Below are positions 21,240 through 42,134 of a stretch of 64,000 bases of DNA, piece after piece. The notes under the pieces are model-generated. The model searched no databases and was not told the origin of the DNA. It was given only the letters and a program-made list of their open reading frames with translations. The DNA is taken from NCBI RefSeq assembly GCF_009914755.1, contig NC_060935.1, one strand, 5' to 3'. Source of the stretch: the human T2T-CHM13v2.0 reference genome, Homo sapiens. Every line of letters begins with the position of its first letter. Within the stretch, counting starts at the first letter, position 1. A program made the translations under genes and the position numbers.

Positions 21240-22670
21240 ATCATGTTATCTACAAGTAAGGTAGCTCATTACCTGGAAATAGATGGGGTGATTCAGTTTC
21301 TTTTTGTGTCAATTTTAGAAGGTTATTCTTTCCCTACATTTTACCTCATTCATCTACGCTGTCAAATTAATTGAAATAATGTATTTCATAACAATCATTT
21401 TGTAACCTGTTGAGTTTAAAGGATCTATGTTCCCTGTATTTTCATGTATGTTAGACCTGTTTCAAACTTTCCTATTGTTTGATATTATTTGTTTTATGAG
21501 TTCTGATATTGGTAATTTGAATTTCTCTTTCTTTTCTTTTGATCACTCTTACTATCAATTTATCAGTTTCATAATAAAAGTACCAACACTTGGCTATTTT
21601 CATTTTCTCTATTTTATGTTTCCCTTTTTACTGGTTTTGATCTTATGTTTATGTCCTTTCATTTAATTACATTGGCTTTTATTTACTCTTCTTGTTCTAG
21701 CTTCTTAAGGTGAAGGCTCAGATGGCTGCTTGTAAACATTTATTTTAAATGTAAACTTTTATAGTATACATATTACTGTAAGTACAGTTTTGATCACACC
21801 TCACGCATTTTGTTGTTTTTGTTATTGCTGATTTCTAAATATTTGGTTAATTCCATTATACTTTTTTTCTTTGATTCTTAGGGTCACTAAATACTTATTG
21901 GCATGATTCCCAATATTTGAAGCATATTCTAGATATATTTATGAATTATTTATTTATTCATAGCAAATTATTTCAAAACTTATTGATTCAAACAATATGT
22001 ACTCATTCTCAATTTCTGTTGTTCAGGTAATTAAGGATGGTTTAGCAGGTTGTCATGCTTCAAGGTCTCTCACAAAACTGTAATCAAGGTGCTGGTTGGG
22101 ACTACCATCCCATATAAAAGCTTGTTTGTGGGAGAATCCACTTCCACACTGGTATTGAGAATTAGGTCCTATTATTTTATTAGTTCTTCATCATGGAATC
22201 ATAATTTAAACCACAGTATCTTTGATCATGTCTGATAGTTCTTTGGAATTAAACATAAGTTTGTGCATATTTTAGCACCTACCAGAAAGACAGCATAGCA
22301 CTTATAGGCATGTTCTTTGAATTTTAGCAGTAATACATATTACATTTGGGTTGGATGAATTTAATCCATTTATTAGGTAAGTTGAAAATGGCCAACTTTT
22401 AGTGTAGCCTGTTATGTGATAAAACTTTAGCTGGTTTGGATAGGTATTTATGGGACTCTTTATCTCAGGCTCTTAGGACATAAAGATCCAATATTTAACT
22501 AAACATATAATGAGATGAAGGTGTCAATGGAGCCAATAGTAAGCCAAGTCATGGAAATAAAAATGGAAGCCCTTAAATACTGCTCCCTTGTTGGCAAATA
22601 AAAATTTCTTTATTATAGACACAGTTATTGAATTGATATTGGAATGTAAGTAAAAAATTGAGTTAATGGA

Positions 22671-22881
22671 TGTATTAGTCCATTTTCACACTGCTGATAA
22701 TGAGATACCCAAGACTGGGAAGAAAAAGAGGTTTAATTAGACTTACAGTTCGACAGGGCTGGGAAGCCTCAGAATCATGGTGGGAGGTGAAAGCCACTTC
22801 TTACACGGTGGTGGCAAGATAAAAATGAGGAAGATATAATTCAAGTTGAGATTTAGGTGGGGACACAGCCAAACCATATAA
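22671..22881 (-). mobile_element. THE1A-like MaLR solo LTR, internally deleted
   Basis: tgtattagtcc...ggggacacagccaaaccatat termini and 5-bp TSD ATGGA (22666-22670, 22882-22886). Only 211 bp long. Empty sites in the paralogous spacers. Confidence 0.88.
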
Positions 22882-22911
22882 ATGGAGTACTGATTATTGT
22901 CATTATATCTT

Positions 22912-23261
22912 TTTTTTTTATACTTTAATTTTAGGGTACATGTGCACATTGTGCAGGTTAGTTACATATGTATACATGTGCCATTCTGGTGCGCTGCACC
23001 CACTAACTCGTCATCTAACATTAGGTATATCTCCCAATGCTATCCCTCCCTTCTCCCCCCACCCCACCACAGTCCCCAGAGTGTGATATTCCCCTTCCTG
23101 TGTCCATGTGATCTCATTGTTCAATTCCCACCTATGAGTGAGAATATGCGGTGTTTGGTTTTTTGTTCTTGCGATAGTTTACTGAGAATGATGGTTTCCA
23201 ATTTCATCCATGTCCCTACAAAGGACATGAACTCATCATTTTGGCCATCAGAGAAATGCAA
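22912..23261 (-). mobile_element. Young L1 (L1PA2-like) 3' end with a 20-nt inverted piece
   Basis: 3'UTR on the minus strand to about 23242, then TGGCCATCAGAGAAATGCAA (sense ORF2). The 13-bp TSD GTCATTATATCTT is at 22899-22911 and 23262-23274. Confidence 0.93.
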
Positions 23262-26200
23262 GTCATTATATCTTATATAGGTACAGGTCTTGATCAAAAG
23301 CCTGCCATCTAACTAAAACTGCAGCACTATGATTACCTATTTTTCCAAGAACCAGAATGTCATCTTCCATTCTTAGGATCTCTGCCTCTGAGCCTCAGGG
23401 CTTCTTGGGCACGGACTTTCTAACAGGAAGGGTAAGGCCCTCCTTACCGGGAATGTTTTTAGAGAAGAGAACATGGGACTGGTTCTCCTTTCATTCTGGC
23501 TGAAATATTACTTGCCTTACCTAAATATTTCATAATGTGAAACTCATAATTTATTATTCAGTTTACTTTAAAATTATTATTTTCATATTACAGGCATTTC
23601 ACATTACTTATCATTTAGCTACTCTTCCTTAGCCAGAACCAAGTCTTTTCCTCTAGGGATTTTGTAAGAAAAAAGTATACAGAGAGGTTATTTCATTTGA
23701 AGTTGTTCCAAATATTCTAATTAACTAATCTATAATGATCTTACTGTCTCTCTCTAAAATATTGTTGATGTGAAAGTCATAGACTGTGTTTACACACATA
23801 AGTGGCAGAGTTATTTTTCTGATAGAACAACCCAGGAGATATCAAAAAAGTTAAATTTCTGCCCAAGGTAGAATATGTCTTCAGTTGGTATCTAGTCCTC
23901 TAGGTGTAACATTTTCTTGTAATATCTACCATTGCTTGTAAAAATGAGTGAAAGTTCTCAATTTCCTGGGATGAGATTGGAGAGATATAGAGACATGCTT
24001 TTACTTAGGAAAGAAGTGGTCTTAGGGATATGCTAGTTGAATGACTGAAAGACTGAAGAATTAGGCTTCCCCTGTATTGTCCTTTTTAGGTACAAAGCTT
24101 AATAGCTGGGGGCATGAATGTTATCATATATCCTCAATCACAGTAAAGTACTTATGGTTGCTTCACCATAAGTGAGAAAACTTTCAAGTAACAAATTTTA
24201 GTGTTGATACTTCTGTCATATAATAAAGGTCTGGTCCAGGTTAATTTCTACTAATTAGGTCAACTTTTACATAGTCAAACAGAGACAGTGTCTTTGTTTT
24301 TCTATGAAGAAATTTTCCAGCAAATTTGCCAAATAAGAAAAAAATGTTCCTAATTACATGTATGATAAGTAAACCAATAGATGTATAATCTTAGATTATG
24401 GGATATTATTTTTATATGATATATTAATAAAGGTGTACATTTACTTTCAGATATATTTGATTAGAGAACTTAAAATTCTGGATCATGTCAAGTGTATTAG
24501 GGTGTAAAGAAACCAATGCTTGTTATGTTCTAGAAGCATAATTATATAGGGTTTTACTTGTGAATCTAAAAATTATTTCAGCAAAGATACTGATAGATAC
24601 ATATGATCAGGAAGGTACCTAGTCTACTGTCATTTAAATAGATTTATAAAACTGTGACTGTGAAATATAATATTATAGAGTTTTTCATTATTATGGAACT
24701 TTTTCTTTTGAAAATGGCATGTCCTTAGGAAAGTATACTAAATCATTTTTTCTAGAAAAATGTTAACTTAGCAGTTTACGTTGAAAGCCTAGTAATGCTA
24801 TGTTTCAGCATTTAAAGTATTATGTTTGGATGATTTAAACCATAAAGGATAGTTTTCATACTCTATTTCTATAAGTAAACATTTGTATTGACAAATAGAA
24901 TTTTCCTGTTGAATCTAGTTTTGATAATGAAAGGGGGGAAAAGCACTAAACCTTGCAGGAAGTAAGGTGTGAAAAAATAACAGAATTGGCTATAGACTAC
25001 ATTATTCCCTTGTGTTCTTTAGGAGGTGTCTCTATCAGTCTATATCTTCAACAATGACAGAACTTTGGAATCAGCTGGAAGTGGTAATGTGAATGAGACA
25101 TATGGAATGGTCATCACAGCTGGCTTCTAGAGGCAGCTCAAACTCTCTGCACATGTCATCTTCCACTGCCAGATCTATGTAAGTGGAATCATCTTGTCTA
25201 CATTTGAGTTTTAATAATTCTGCCATTTTCCTCAGCAGCGAATAATCAGAAAGTTTGGGTTTCTATGTCTCCTTGTCCCATTGTTCTCTGTAATTTAAGT
25301 TTGTCCTTAGCCATCAGATCTAGAGACTTTGAGAAATCAATGTGTTTTGTTTTTCTTCTGTGTTTTCTTTTCTTTTGTTTACCAGGATTTGGTCTGTGTT
25401 TGTTTGGCTACCCCAAGATTTTTAGAATACCAGCTTCTATTATCACATTAATCTTAATGTTTTTACTACCTGTGGATATTAAATTATTTACTGTAATTAC
25501 TCTGTTTTCTGATTTGAGCCCTTTTTCTTTCATTTTCTACCATTTAGCTCTCTCTCTGATGATGGGTCCAACTTTTCTACTCTAATTCTCCAGGATTTTG
25601 TCAAGATACATTCCATCATAGATGAAATCACAACTCATACATAATTATATAGATAATACCTAAGACATACAATTATATTGTGTCCCCCAAAAGCTTTTCC
25701 TGAATTATATGTGTCTTCTTTTATTTTTTTTGGACTGTGTCTATATATCTTTTCAAATTGACAAAGATGCAGATGATTTGTTTTGATCCAATGTTCACAG
25801 TGGAACATTCAGGAACAAGAGTTTTAGCTATTTTTATTGAGCCTTTACCCGGTACCAGCCAGTGTTCTAGGCACTTTATTTTGTTGTAATAAAATAACTC
25901 TAGAGGTTTTAAATAAAAGTGAGGCATAGAGAAGTTTAGTAAGTGTCCCAAAGTCACATAATAAGTGGTAAAGCTGGGGTTGTAGCAGAGGCAGTGTGGC
26001 TTTGGTGTCCATATTATTTATCACATGCTGCCCTTTCTCTCCATGGATTTCTTGGATCTTAAATAGGCACATATTGAGTGGCAAACTTTTAGTCATAATT
26101 TACTCACTCTAACCATGAAATATCTACCACTGAGTGCCATTATTCATGTAACAATTATGAACTTGGAAATTGCTGTTTAATTATAAATATATGAAAAATG

Positions 26201-27386
26201 AAAACAAGTCTGCAGAATAGAATAAGCGAGAGGTGCACTAACAGTTTCGTAGATGGTTGACTAGAAAGGATTCTCAGTTCATCTAATTTAATCACATTGT
26301 TTTCCAATGAGCAAATGAAGACAGTCTTGTAAATGCATTCAGAAAATGACTCAAATTCATATCATCTTACAGTGAAGGTGGAATTTTTCTTTGAGTATGC
26401 TTTTTTTGGAATCTGGACACTAAGGTTCTATTTTTGAGTACTCTTGATATCTAAATAGTGTTATAAATAAAACCATGTCCCACTGTTCGGCGCCTCTTTG
26501 TACAATGTCTGTTTTCTCCTCTCTCACTATCTAGTTCACCTGAAGAATTCAGAAACAATACTCACAGCTAATGTGGCAGTTGGTGATAGTCATCAGTTAG
26601 TTTTCTTGAGTTCCAAATTAGTTGCTGAAAATCAGGATATTATATGTAAATGTGATAAAAATTTGTGGAATAGGTAAGGATAAGATGCAGAGATGTATAG
26701 CCTCTTATAAGGCAACAGAGGGTCAGACAAAGTAATTGCTAGAGGGAATAATGTGATAGATAATATTTTACTATTTATACAAGTCAATGTCCAGTCTCTT
26801 GACATTTAATGAGATATTCATAAAGACTGAACATCTTTCGAGGCACGAAGGACTGAATGTGTAACTGTGGAATGCCATAGTACTGAGTGAGATATTTCAG
26901 AAGATGTTATTTTTGATGTTACACAGATCATAAAGATACCACAACTACAAACTCAAAGCACTGAATATACACCAGTTTATTTATTTAGAGTCTATTACCA
27001 CCACGAGAAAGTAACTTTCTTGAGACCAGTATTCTGTTGCCTATTCATCATCGCTGACTTCCATGCCAAGAAATATGTTTTAAATAAGGAGTTATGAAAT
27101 ATATGAATGGCTGTTGGGCCTTTAACTCTTCTTCTGTACAGAATATTCACAAAAACTTAGAGGCAGAAGCTGTTACCTGTAGGCTCAAACTAAAATCTTT
27201 GAGGAGATAAGAAACTCAGTAGAGACTTACAAAATGTTTGTCGTGTGTGTAAATCACTATTGAGGATACAACGATGAAGACGTGCTCTGTGACATCATGG
27301 ATGTATTCATATTCCTGTTCACTATTTCATTACAGGTCCTGTTCTCCTGAGCTCTCAACACTGATACAAGCCTTAGAGAAGAGTAA

Positions 27387-28307
27387 AGGGGACTGAGTAA
27401 CAATGTTACAGGATTTGTCCTCTTGGGCAACACTCAGGATCCTGATGTGCAAAATGCATTATTTGTCATGGTTTTACTCACATACATTGTGACTACAGTG
27501 GGGAACCTGCTCATTGTGGTGGCTATTATTGCCAGTCCCTCCTTGGGCTCCCCAATATACTTCTTCCTTGTCTGCCTGTCATTTATAGATGCTGCATATT
27601 CCACAGCCATTTGTCCCAAATTGACTGTAGAGTTACTCCATGACAAAAAGACTATTTTCTTCACAGCATGCATGGGGCAGCTATTTAAAGACCACTTATT
27701 TGGTGGTGCTGAGGTCTTCCTACTGGTGGGGATGGTCTATGATCGCTATGTGGCCGACTGTAAGCCACTGCACTATTTTACCATCATGAATCGACAGGTT
27801 TGCATCCTTCTCTTGCTGATGGCTGTGACTGGAGGTTTTATGAATTCTGTGTTTCAAATTGTTGTGTACAATCTCCCTTTCTGTGGTGCCAGTGTCACTG
27901 ACCACTTTGTCTGTGACGTGTACCCATTATTGGAACTGGCGTGCACTGATACCTACTTTATAGGCCTCACTGTTGTGGCCAGTGGTGGAGCTATGTGTAT
28001 GTTTGTCTTCACCCTTCTGCTAATCTCCTATGGAGTCATTCTAAACTACCTTAAAACTTACAGTCAGGAAGGGAGGTGTAAAACCTTCTCTGCCTGCAAC
28101 TCCTGCATCACTGTGGTTGCCTGTTTTTTGTTCCCTCATTTTCCTGTTTGTTAGACCTGTTTTGAACTTTCCTATTGATAAATTCATGACTGTGTTTTAT
28201 ACAGTTATCACACACCCATGTTGAATTCATTAATATACACACTGAGAAATGTAGAGATGAGAATTGCTGTAAAAACCAATGTAAAAAAACTCTGGCATAA
28301 AAACTAA
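27387..28307 (+). pseudogene. Olfactory receptor family 4 subfamily A pseudogene (unit 2, B type)
   Basis: Start codon mutated (gagtaaATG to gagtaaAGG). Motifs read GNLLIV, SPIYFF, MVYDRYVADCKPLHY. Two 1-bp deletions near 28120-28137, a stop at 28152 and a 2-bp insertion near 28212, then PMLNSLIYTLRN. Confidence 0.95.
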
Positions 28308-30434
28308 ACTATAGTTAGAATGAGTGTTCCTCTTCTTTTAGTAGAGGTGTATGTAGACAACGTCTGTCCCATGAGATTGTTAGACTTCTAAGGTCAATTA
28401 AGGTTTCCTAGTTTGAGAAGGCTGGATTGAGAAGCTCCCAGCTCAATTAAGAAATCATCCCATCGTGGCATCTGTTTGATATTCAAGATCTCAACCTCTA
28501 TATCCAGACTGAGTGTGGATGGGGTTCCTTGGGTGCAGTTTCCATTGTGCACTTTTAAAATTATGGTTTTTCTCTATTTACAAATCTATTGAGACAGTGT
28601 ATCTCCTCCACATGCCCAGAACTCAATGGAGAAAGAGAGGACTGGGCAATTAAAATAGATCCTCCTGTTCACAAGTGAAGCCTATGATGCTTGCTTTAGT
28701 ATACTCACAAGCAGCATATTCACAAATATCTTTGAAACTGGCCCTTCTCAGACTTGGGCTGAAAGTCTATGTGTAGTGAGATAGTATTCTTAAGGATGTT
28801 AGAATTATGTTTGTCTAGTTTAAAGTATTTATGAGAGGGTCTTAACATCCACAACTTTGAAATGACTTTGATTTTGATGACCTTTCTTACCTTTAGAGTA
28901 CTTAACTCTTTGCAGAGACTGGAAAGGGAAACTAGTTCTATTTCTGAAACCAGCAAGTTCTGGCTCTTTTATGTTTCTTGTAAATTCTGTTTGAAAGTGT
29001 AACAGTTAATGTTTTAAGTTATTTTTTATTAAAAAAACCCCTATGCCTTATGGTAAGATAAGCTTCTATAAGAAACAGTGGTAACTTTCCACATTCTACT
29101 TAAATTTTAGCCAAAACCACCTATTAACTTAGGTACACTTTTTATTTTCTACTTTACTACAGGTGACAGAATTACTAAACGTTTCCAGCACTGGATAGTG
29201 ACTCAGTCTCTTCCCTTTCCTCCAGAACATTTACTTCTGTCTTTTTAGCCTTCACTTGCAATATCTTGGAGGCTTCTTTTTTTGGGCACTATAGCCAATG
29301 CAATATGCTTTGAATTGTTGTTATGGAATCACCACACTTGGAGTTGCCACTTTTTATTCTGGTCCTCCCTTCATGCATGGTGCAAGGCTTCACAGTTTTT
29401 GTGAGTTCAAACAACGACTATTTCATTTTATGTCAAAATTTTGTGTGCCAGGAATTCAGGCAGGTTGGCTGGGTATATCTTCTGCTTTGGGGTGAAGGTC
29501 TGAAGTCACTGTCTTATTGAACTGATAACTGGGTAGTCTGTAGGATGCAGAATAACTTAATTCACATTTATAATATATTGGAAGAGATGTCTGTAAGAGA
29601 ACCCTGGGTCCTTCTTCTTATCCATTTAGATGAAGAACCAAAAGGATAGTCACTTGTTTTACATGGTGCTCAGAGATCCCAGTGGCAGAAAGTAGAGATG
29701 TCGGGCCAGTTAATGGGTATTTGCAGAATTGGCACAATGTCACTGGAACCATGTTCTGTTGGTCAGAGTGATCACATGACTACCACAGATTTGAGGTTTT
29801 ACAGAAAAAGAAGATAACCCTTGATGGAGAAGGGGCAAAGTCGCTTTGCAGATCAGCATGTAGAACAATTGTCTACATCTCAAAAATAGTGTAATGGAAT
29901 TTTATTCATGTTGAGTTGGATGTATAAATCATCTTACACTAACAACATCTTAACAACATTGGGTTTGTAATTCCTGAATACAATGTATCTATTATGTATT
30001 TTAAATATTTGATTTTGGAGAGTTTTGTTTTTATTAGTGTAGGGATCTTCCTCATCTATTCCTAAGTATTTATGTTTTTAGATTGCATCACAGGTTTTTA
30101 ATTTGAAACAAAATTCCAATTGTTATTGTCGCTATTATATGTAAAGGAAATTGAATTATTTATTTGGCACTTGAGTTCCATAAGCTTGTTAAATTCAGTT
30201 CTTATTTTTAGAAAGTTATGTCTGTAGATTCTTTAGGGTTTTCTAAAACACTATCACGTTATCTCCAAGTAAGCGTATCTAATTACATGGAAGGATATGG
30301 GAGTGTTTCAATTTCTCTTTGTGTCATTTTTAGAAGGTTGTACTTTTCCTAAATTTTACCTGTCATCTAAGCTGTGAAATAAATCGAGATAATGTTTTTC
30401 ATAACAATCTTTCTATCCTTTTAAAGTCTAAATG

Positions 30435-31344
30435 GTATTTCTAGTTCTGGATTCCTGAGGAATCACCACACTTTCTTCCACAATGGTTGAACTAGTTTAC
30501 AGTCCCACCAACAGTGTAAAAGTGTTCCTATTTCTCCACATCCTCTCCAGTACCTGTTGTTTCCTGACTTTTTGATGATCGCCATTCTAACTGGTATGAG
30601 ATGATATCTCATTGTGGTTTTGATTTGCATTTCTCTGATTGCCAGTGATGATGAGCATTTTTTCATGTGTCTTTTGGCTGCATAAATGTCTTCTTTTGAG
30701 AAGTGTCTGTTCATATCCTTCACCCACTTTTTGATGGGGTTGTTTGTTTTTTTCTTGTAAATTTGTTTGAGTTCATACCATTTGACCCAGCCATCCATTA
30801 CTGGGTATATACCCAAAGGAATATAAATCATGTTGCTATAAAGACACATGCATATGCATGTTTATTGAGGCATTACTCACAATAGCAAAGACTTGGTACC
30901 AACCCAAATGTCCAACAATGATAGACTGGATTAAGAAAATGTGGCACATATACACCATGGAATACTATGCAGCCATAAAAAAGGATGAGTTCATGTCTTT
31001 TGCAGGGACATGGATGAAACTGGAAACCATCATTCTCAGCCAACTATCGCAAGGACAAAAAACCAAACACCACATGTTCTCACTCATAGATGGGAATTGA
31101 ACAATGAGAACACTTGGACACAGGAAAGGGAACATCACACACCAGGGCCTGTTGTGGGTTGGTGGCAGGGGGGACTGATAGCATTGGGGATATACCTAAT
31201 GTAAATGATGAGTTAATGGGTGCAGTACACCAACATGGCACATGTATACATATGTAACAAACCTGCACGTTGTGCACATGTACCCTAGAACTTAAAGTAT
31301 AATAAAATGTATATATATATATATATAAATAAAAATAAAAAAAT
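30435..31344 (+). mobile_element. L1PA5-like, 5'-truncated, twin-primed inversion
   Basis: Inverted piece to 30776, then sense from 30775 to a tail containing (TA)n. TSD AAAGTCTAAATG at 30423-30434 and 31345-31356. Confidence 0.93.
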
Positions 31345-32636
31345 AAAGTCTAAATGATCTATGGGATGATTATTTGTTTATTTCTGGTACCAGCCATTTG
31401 AATGTCTCTTTGTTTTCTCCTGCTCACTCTTCTAGCAGTTTATCAGTTTTATTATAAAAGTATGAACTTTTGGCTAATTTACTTTTTCTATCTTATGTTT
31501 TTCATGTTATTGAACTTCAGTCTTATATTTATGATGTCCATTTGTTTAAATAGCTTGGCTTTTATTTGCTCTTCTTGTTTTTGTTTCTTAAGGGGAAGGC
31601 TCAGATGGCTGCTTTTAAACATTAATTTTAAGTGTAAGCATTTATAGCTATACATTTTTCTTTAAGTACTGTTTTAATCACACCTCACACATTTTGATAT
31701 GTTTCCATTATTGCTTAGTTCTAAGTATTTGCTTATTTCCATTAAACCTTTTTCTTTGATTCATAGGTTCACTAAATATTTATGGCATAATTTTCAATAT
31801 TTGAAGCATATTCTATATATGAGTTATTTATTTAGTCATAACAAATTATTCCAACACTTAGAGATTCAAACAATATGTACTCATTCTCAATTACTGTAGG
31901 TCAGAAAACTAAGAAGGGTTAGCTGGTTCCTGTGCTTCAAGGTCTCTCACAAAGCTCTAATCAAGGTGCTAGTTGGGACTACAGTCTCATATGAAGGCTT
32001 GGCTTAGGAAGGATCCACTTCCAAGCTGGCTGTTGGTAGGATTCAGTTTCTCAATAGAAATGAAAAATCTTTCGAGAGTATAATTCTACTTATATCCCAC
32101 AGCACTTTGAAATTGTTTTATATACTTTACTGCTACATGTTATGAACTCCAGAATATATTCTTATTAATTTCACCTTAAACCGTTGATTTTATGTCAATT
32201 AAGAGAATAATTATTATTTTGTATGTATTGTTTCTATCTTCATTCTTTTGATAAACTTGATATTCAAGTAATATTGCTTTCTTTGTTCTGAGGAAATCTT
32301 TCTTTTTGTATTTTTTGTAATGTGGGTCTACTGGCCATGATTTTCTCACCCGTTAAATATTTACCTTATTACTGAATTGCACAGAGCCATGTTGAAACTA
32401 CATTCACTTCTCCATTCTATTTCCCGAAATAGATGAAAGCTTGACAGGGTGAGTAGAAATATTAGCAGCTTACCAGTGCAGAGGGGTGAAGAAAGTTTGG
32501 GGTTCCATTTCTGCATGATTAGAGTCACTTATTAAATACTTTGGCTTTCCATTGAAACTCAAGCAGATTTATGTCTCAGCATTTATCACTACATCCCAAA
32601 ATTAAGATTTGTACTATCACATTTTTAGACATTCCT

Positions 32637-33812
32637 TGTAGTAGTTAATTCCTGCATTGCTGTAAAAATTATTAATACTTGAAACTGAGTTACTTGTAAA
32701 GAAAAGTGGTTTGGTTAGCGCATTGTTCCACAGGCTGTTCAGGAAGAAGGATTCTGGCATCTGTTCAACTTCTGGGATAGGCCTCAATAAATTTACAATC
32801 ATGGCAGAAGGCAAAGTGGGAGCAGGTACATCTAAGTAGACGGCAGCAGGAGTAACAGGGGAAAGTACCACAAAATTATAAATCACAAGGTCTCATGAGA
32901 ACTCACTGTCATGTTGACAGCACCAAGGGGTAATGGTATTAAACCATCAGAAACTTCCCTCTAAAATCTCACGTTCTTCTCAACTTTCAAAATATAATCA
33001 TGCCTTCCTAACAGTTCCCCAAAGTGTTAACCCATTCCAGCATTAACTGAAAAGTGCACAGTCCAGCCTTGTCTGAGACAAGGTTAGTCCCTTCCACCTG
33101 AGTGTGTAAAATAAAAAGCAATCTATTTACTTCCAAAATACAAAAAGGTATAGGAATTGAGTAAATACTTTCATTCCAAAATGAAGAAATCAGCCTAAGA
33201 AAGGGGTTACAGGCCCCATGCAATTCTGTAATCTAGCAGGGCAGTCACTAAATCTTCAAGTTCCAAAACAATTATCTTTGACTCCATGCCTCACATCCAG
33301 GGCATACTGGTGCAATGGGTAGGCTACCAAGGCCTTGGGTAGCTCCACTCATGTGGCTTTACAGGGTTCAGCCAGCACAGTTGCTCTTAATGTCTTCTGT
33401 TGCTCTTGAGGGGGGTCTGTGGCTTTTTTAGGTGCAGGGTGCAAGCTTCTGATGGATCTACCATTTGGGGGTCTGGAGGATGGTAGTCCTTTTCTCACAG
33501 CTCCACTAGGCAGTGCCCCAGTGGGCACTCTGTGTGTGGGCTCCAACCACACATTTCCTCTCTGCACTGCCCTAGCACAGATCACAGATCTTCTGTGATG
33601 CTCCACCCCTGCAGCAGGCTTCAGTCTGAAATTCCAGGCTTTTTGATACATCCTATGAATCCTGGTTGGAGGCTCCCAAGCCTCATCTCTTGCATTTTGT
33701 GCACCTGCAGACTTAACACCACATGGAAGCCTTCAAAACTCACAGTGTTCATCATCTGAAGCAGTGGTCTGAGTTGTTCCTTGGCCCCTTGTTGCCACAG
33801 CTGGATCTGAAG
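32637..33812 (-). mobile_element. MaLR (MST-type) partial LTR plus internal sequence
   Basis: MST LTR motifs (caggctg..caggaag..tctggcatctg, tttacaatcatggcagaaggcaaag) followed by THE1/MST-int motifs (tctgagacaagg..agtcccttccacct, ctccactaggcagtgccccagtggg). Confidence 0.8.
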
Positions 33813-33955
33813 TGGCTTTAACAAACATTGGTAGGTTGTATTTTTATAAATATTAAGCTCAAAATATTTTCTAATTTCCATTGTAATTTATTCACCAATA
33901 AGTTGTTAAAAAGTGATTAACTTAACTTTCAAATATGCAGAAATTTCTGGAGAAT

Positions 33956-41712
<7,757 letters not shown>

Positions 41713-41758
41713 GCCTGAAATCCTCAGTCTTAAAAATACCTGGGAGTGCATAACATGC

Positions 41759-42134
41759 TGATATAATTTGGCTTTGCCTGCACCCAAATCTCATCTTGAA
41801 TTGTAATCCCCATTATCCCCATGTGTTGTGGAAGGAACTAGGTGGAAGGTATTTGAATCATGGGGATGGTTTCCCCCATATTGTCATCTTGATCATGAGT
41901 GAGTTCTCATGAGATCTGATGGTTTCATAAGTGTCTGTCATTTCTCCTGCTGTCACTTCTTCTCCCTCCTGCTGCCACTTCTTCTCCCTCCTGCTGCCCT
42001 GTGAAGAGGCATGATTGTAAGTTTCCTGAGGCCTTCCCAATCATGCAGAACTGTGAGTCAACTAAACCTCTTTTCTTTATAGATTACCCAGTCTTGGGTA
42101 TTTCCTTACAGCAATGTGAGAACAGACTAATATA
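41759..42134 (+). mobile_element. MaLR solo LTR (THE1D/MSTA-like)
   Basis: tgatataatttggc...cccaaatctcatcttgaattgtaatccc...gaacagactaatata with 5-bp TSD CATGC (41754-41758, 42135-42139). Confidence 0.9.
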
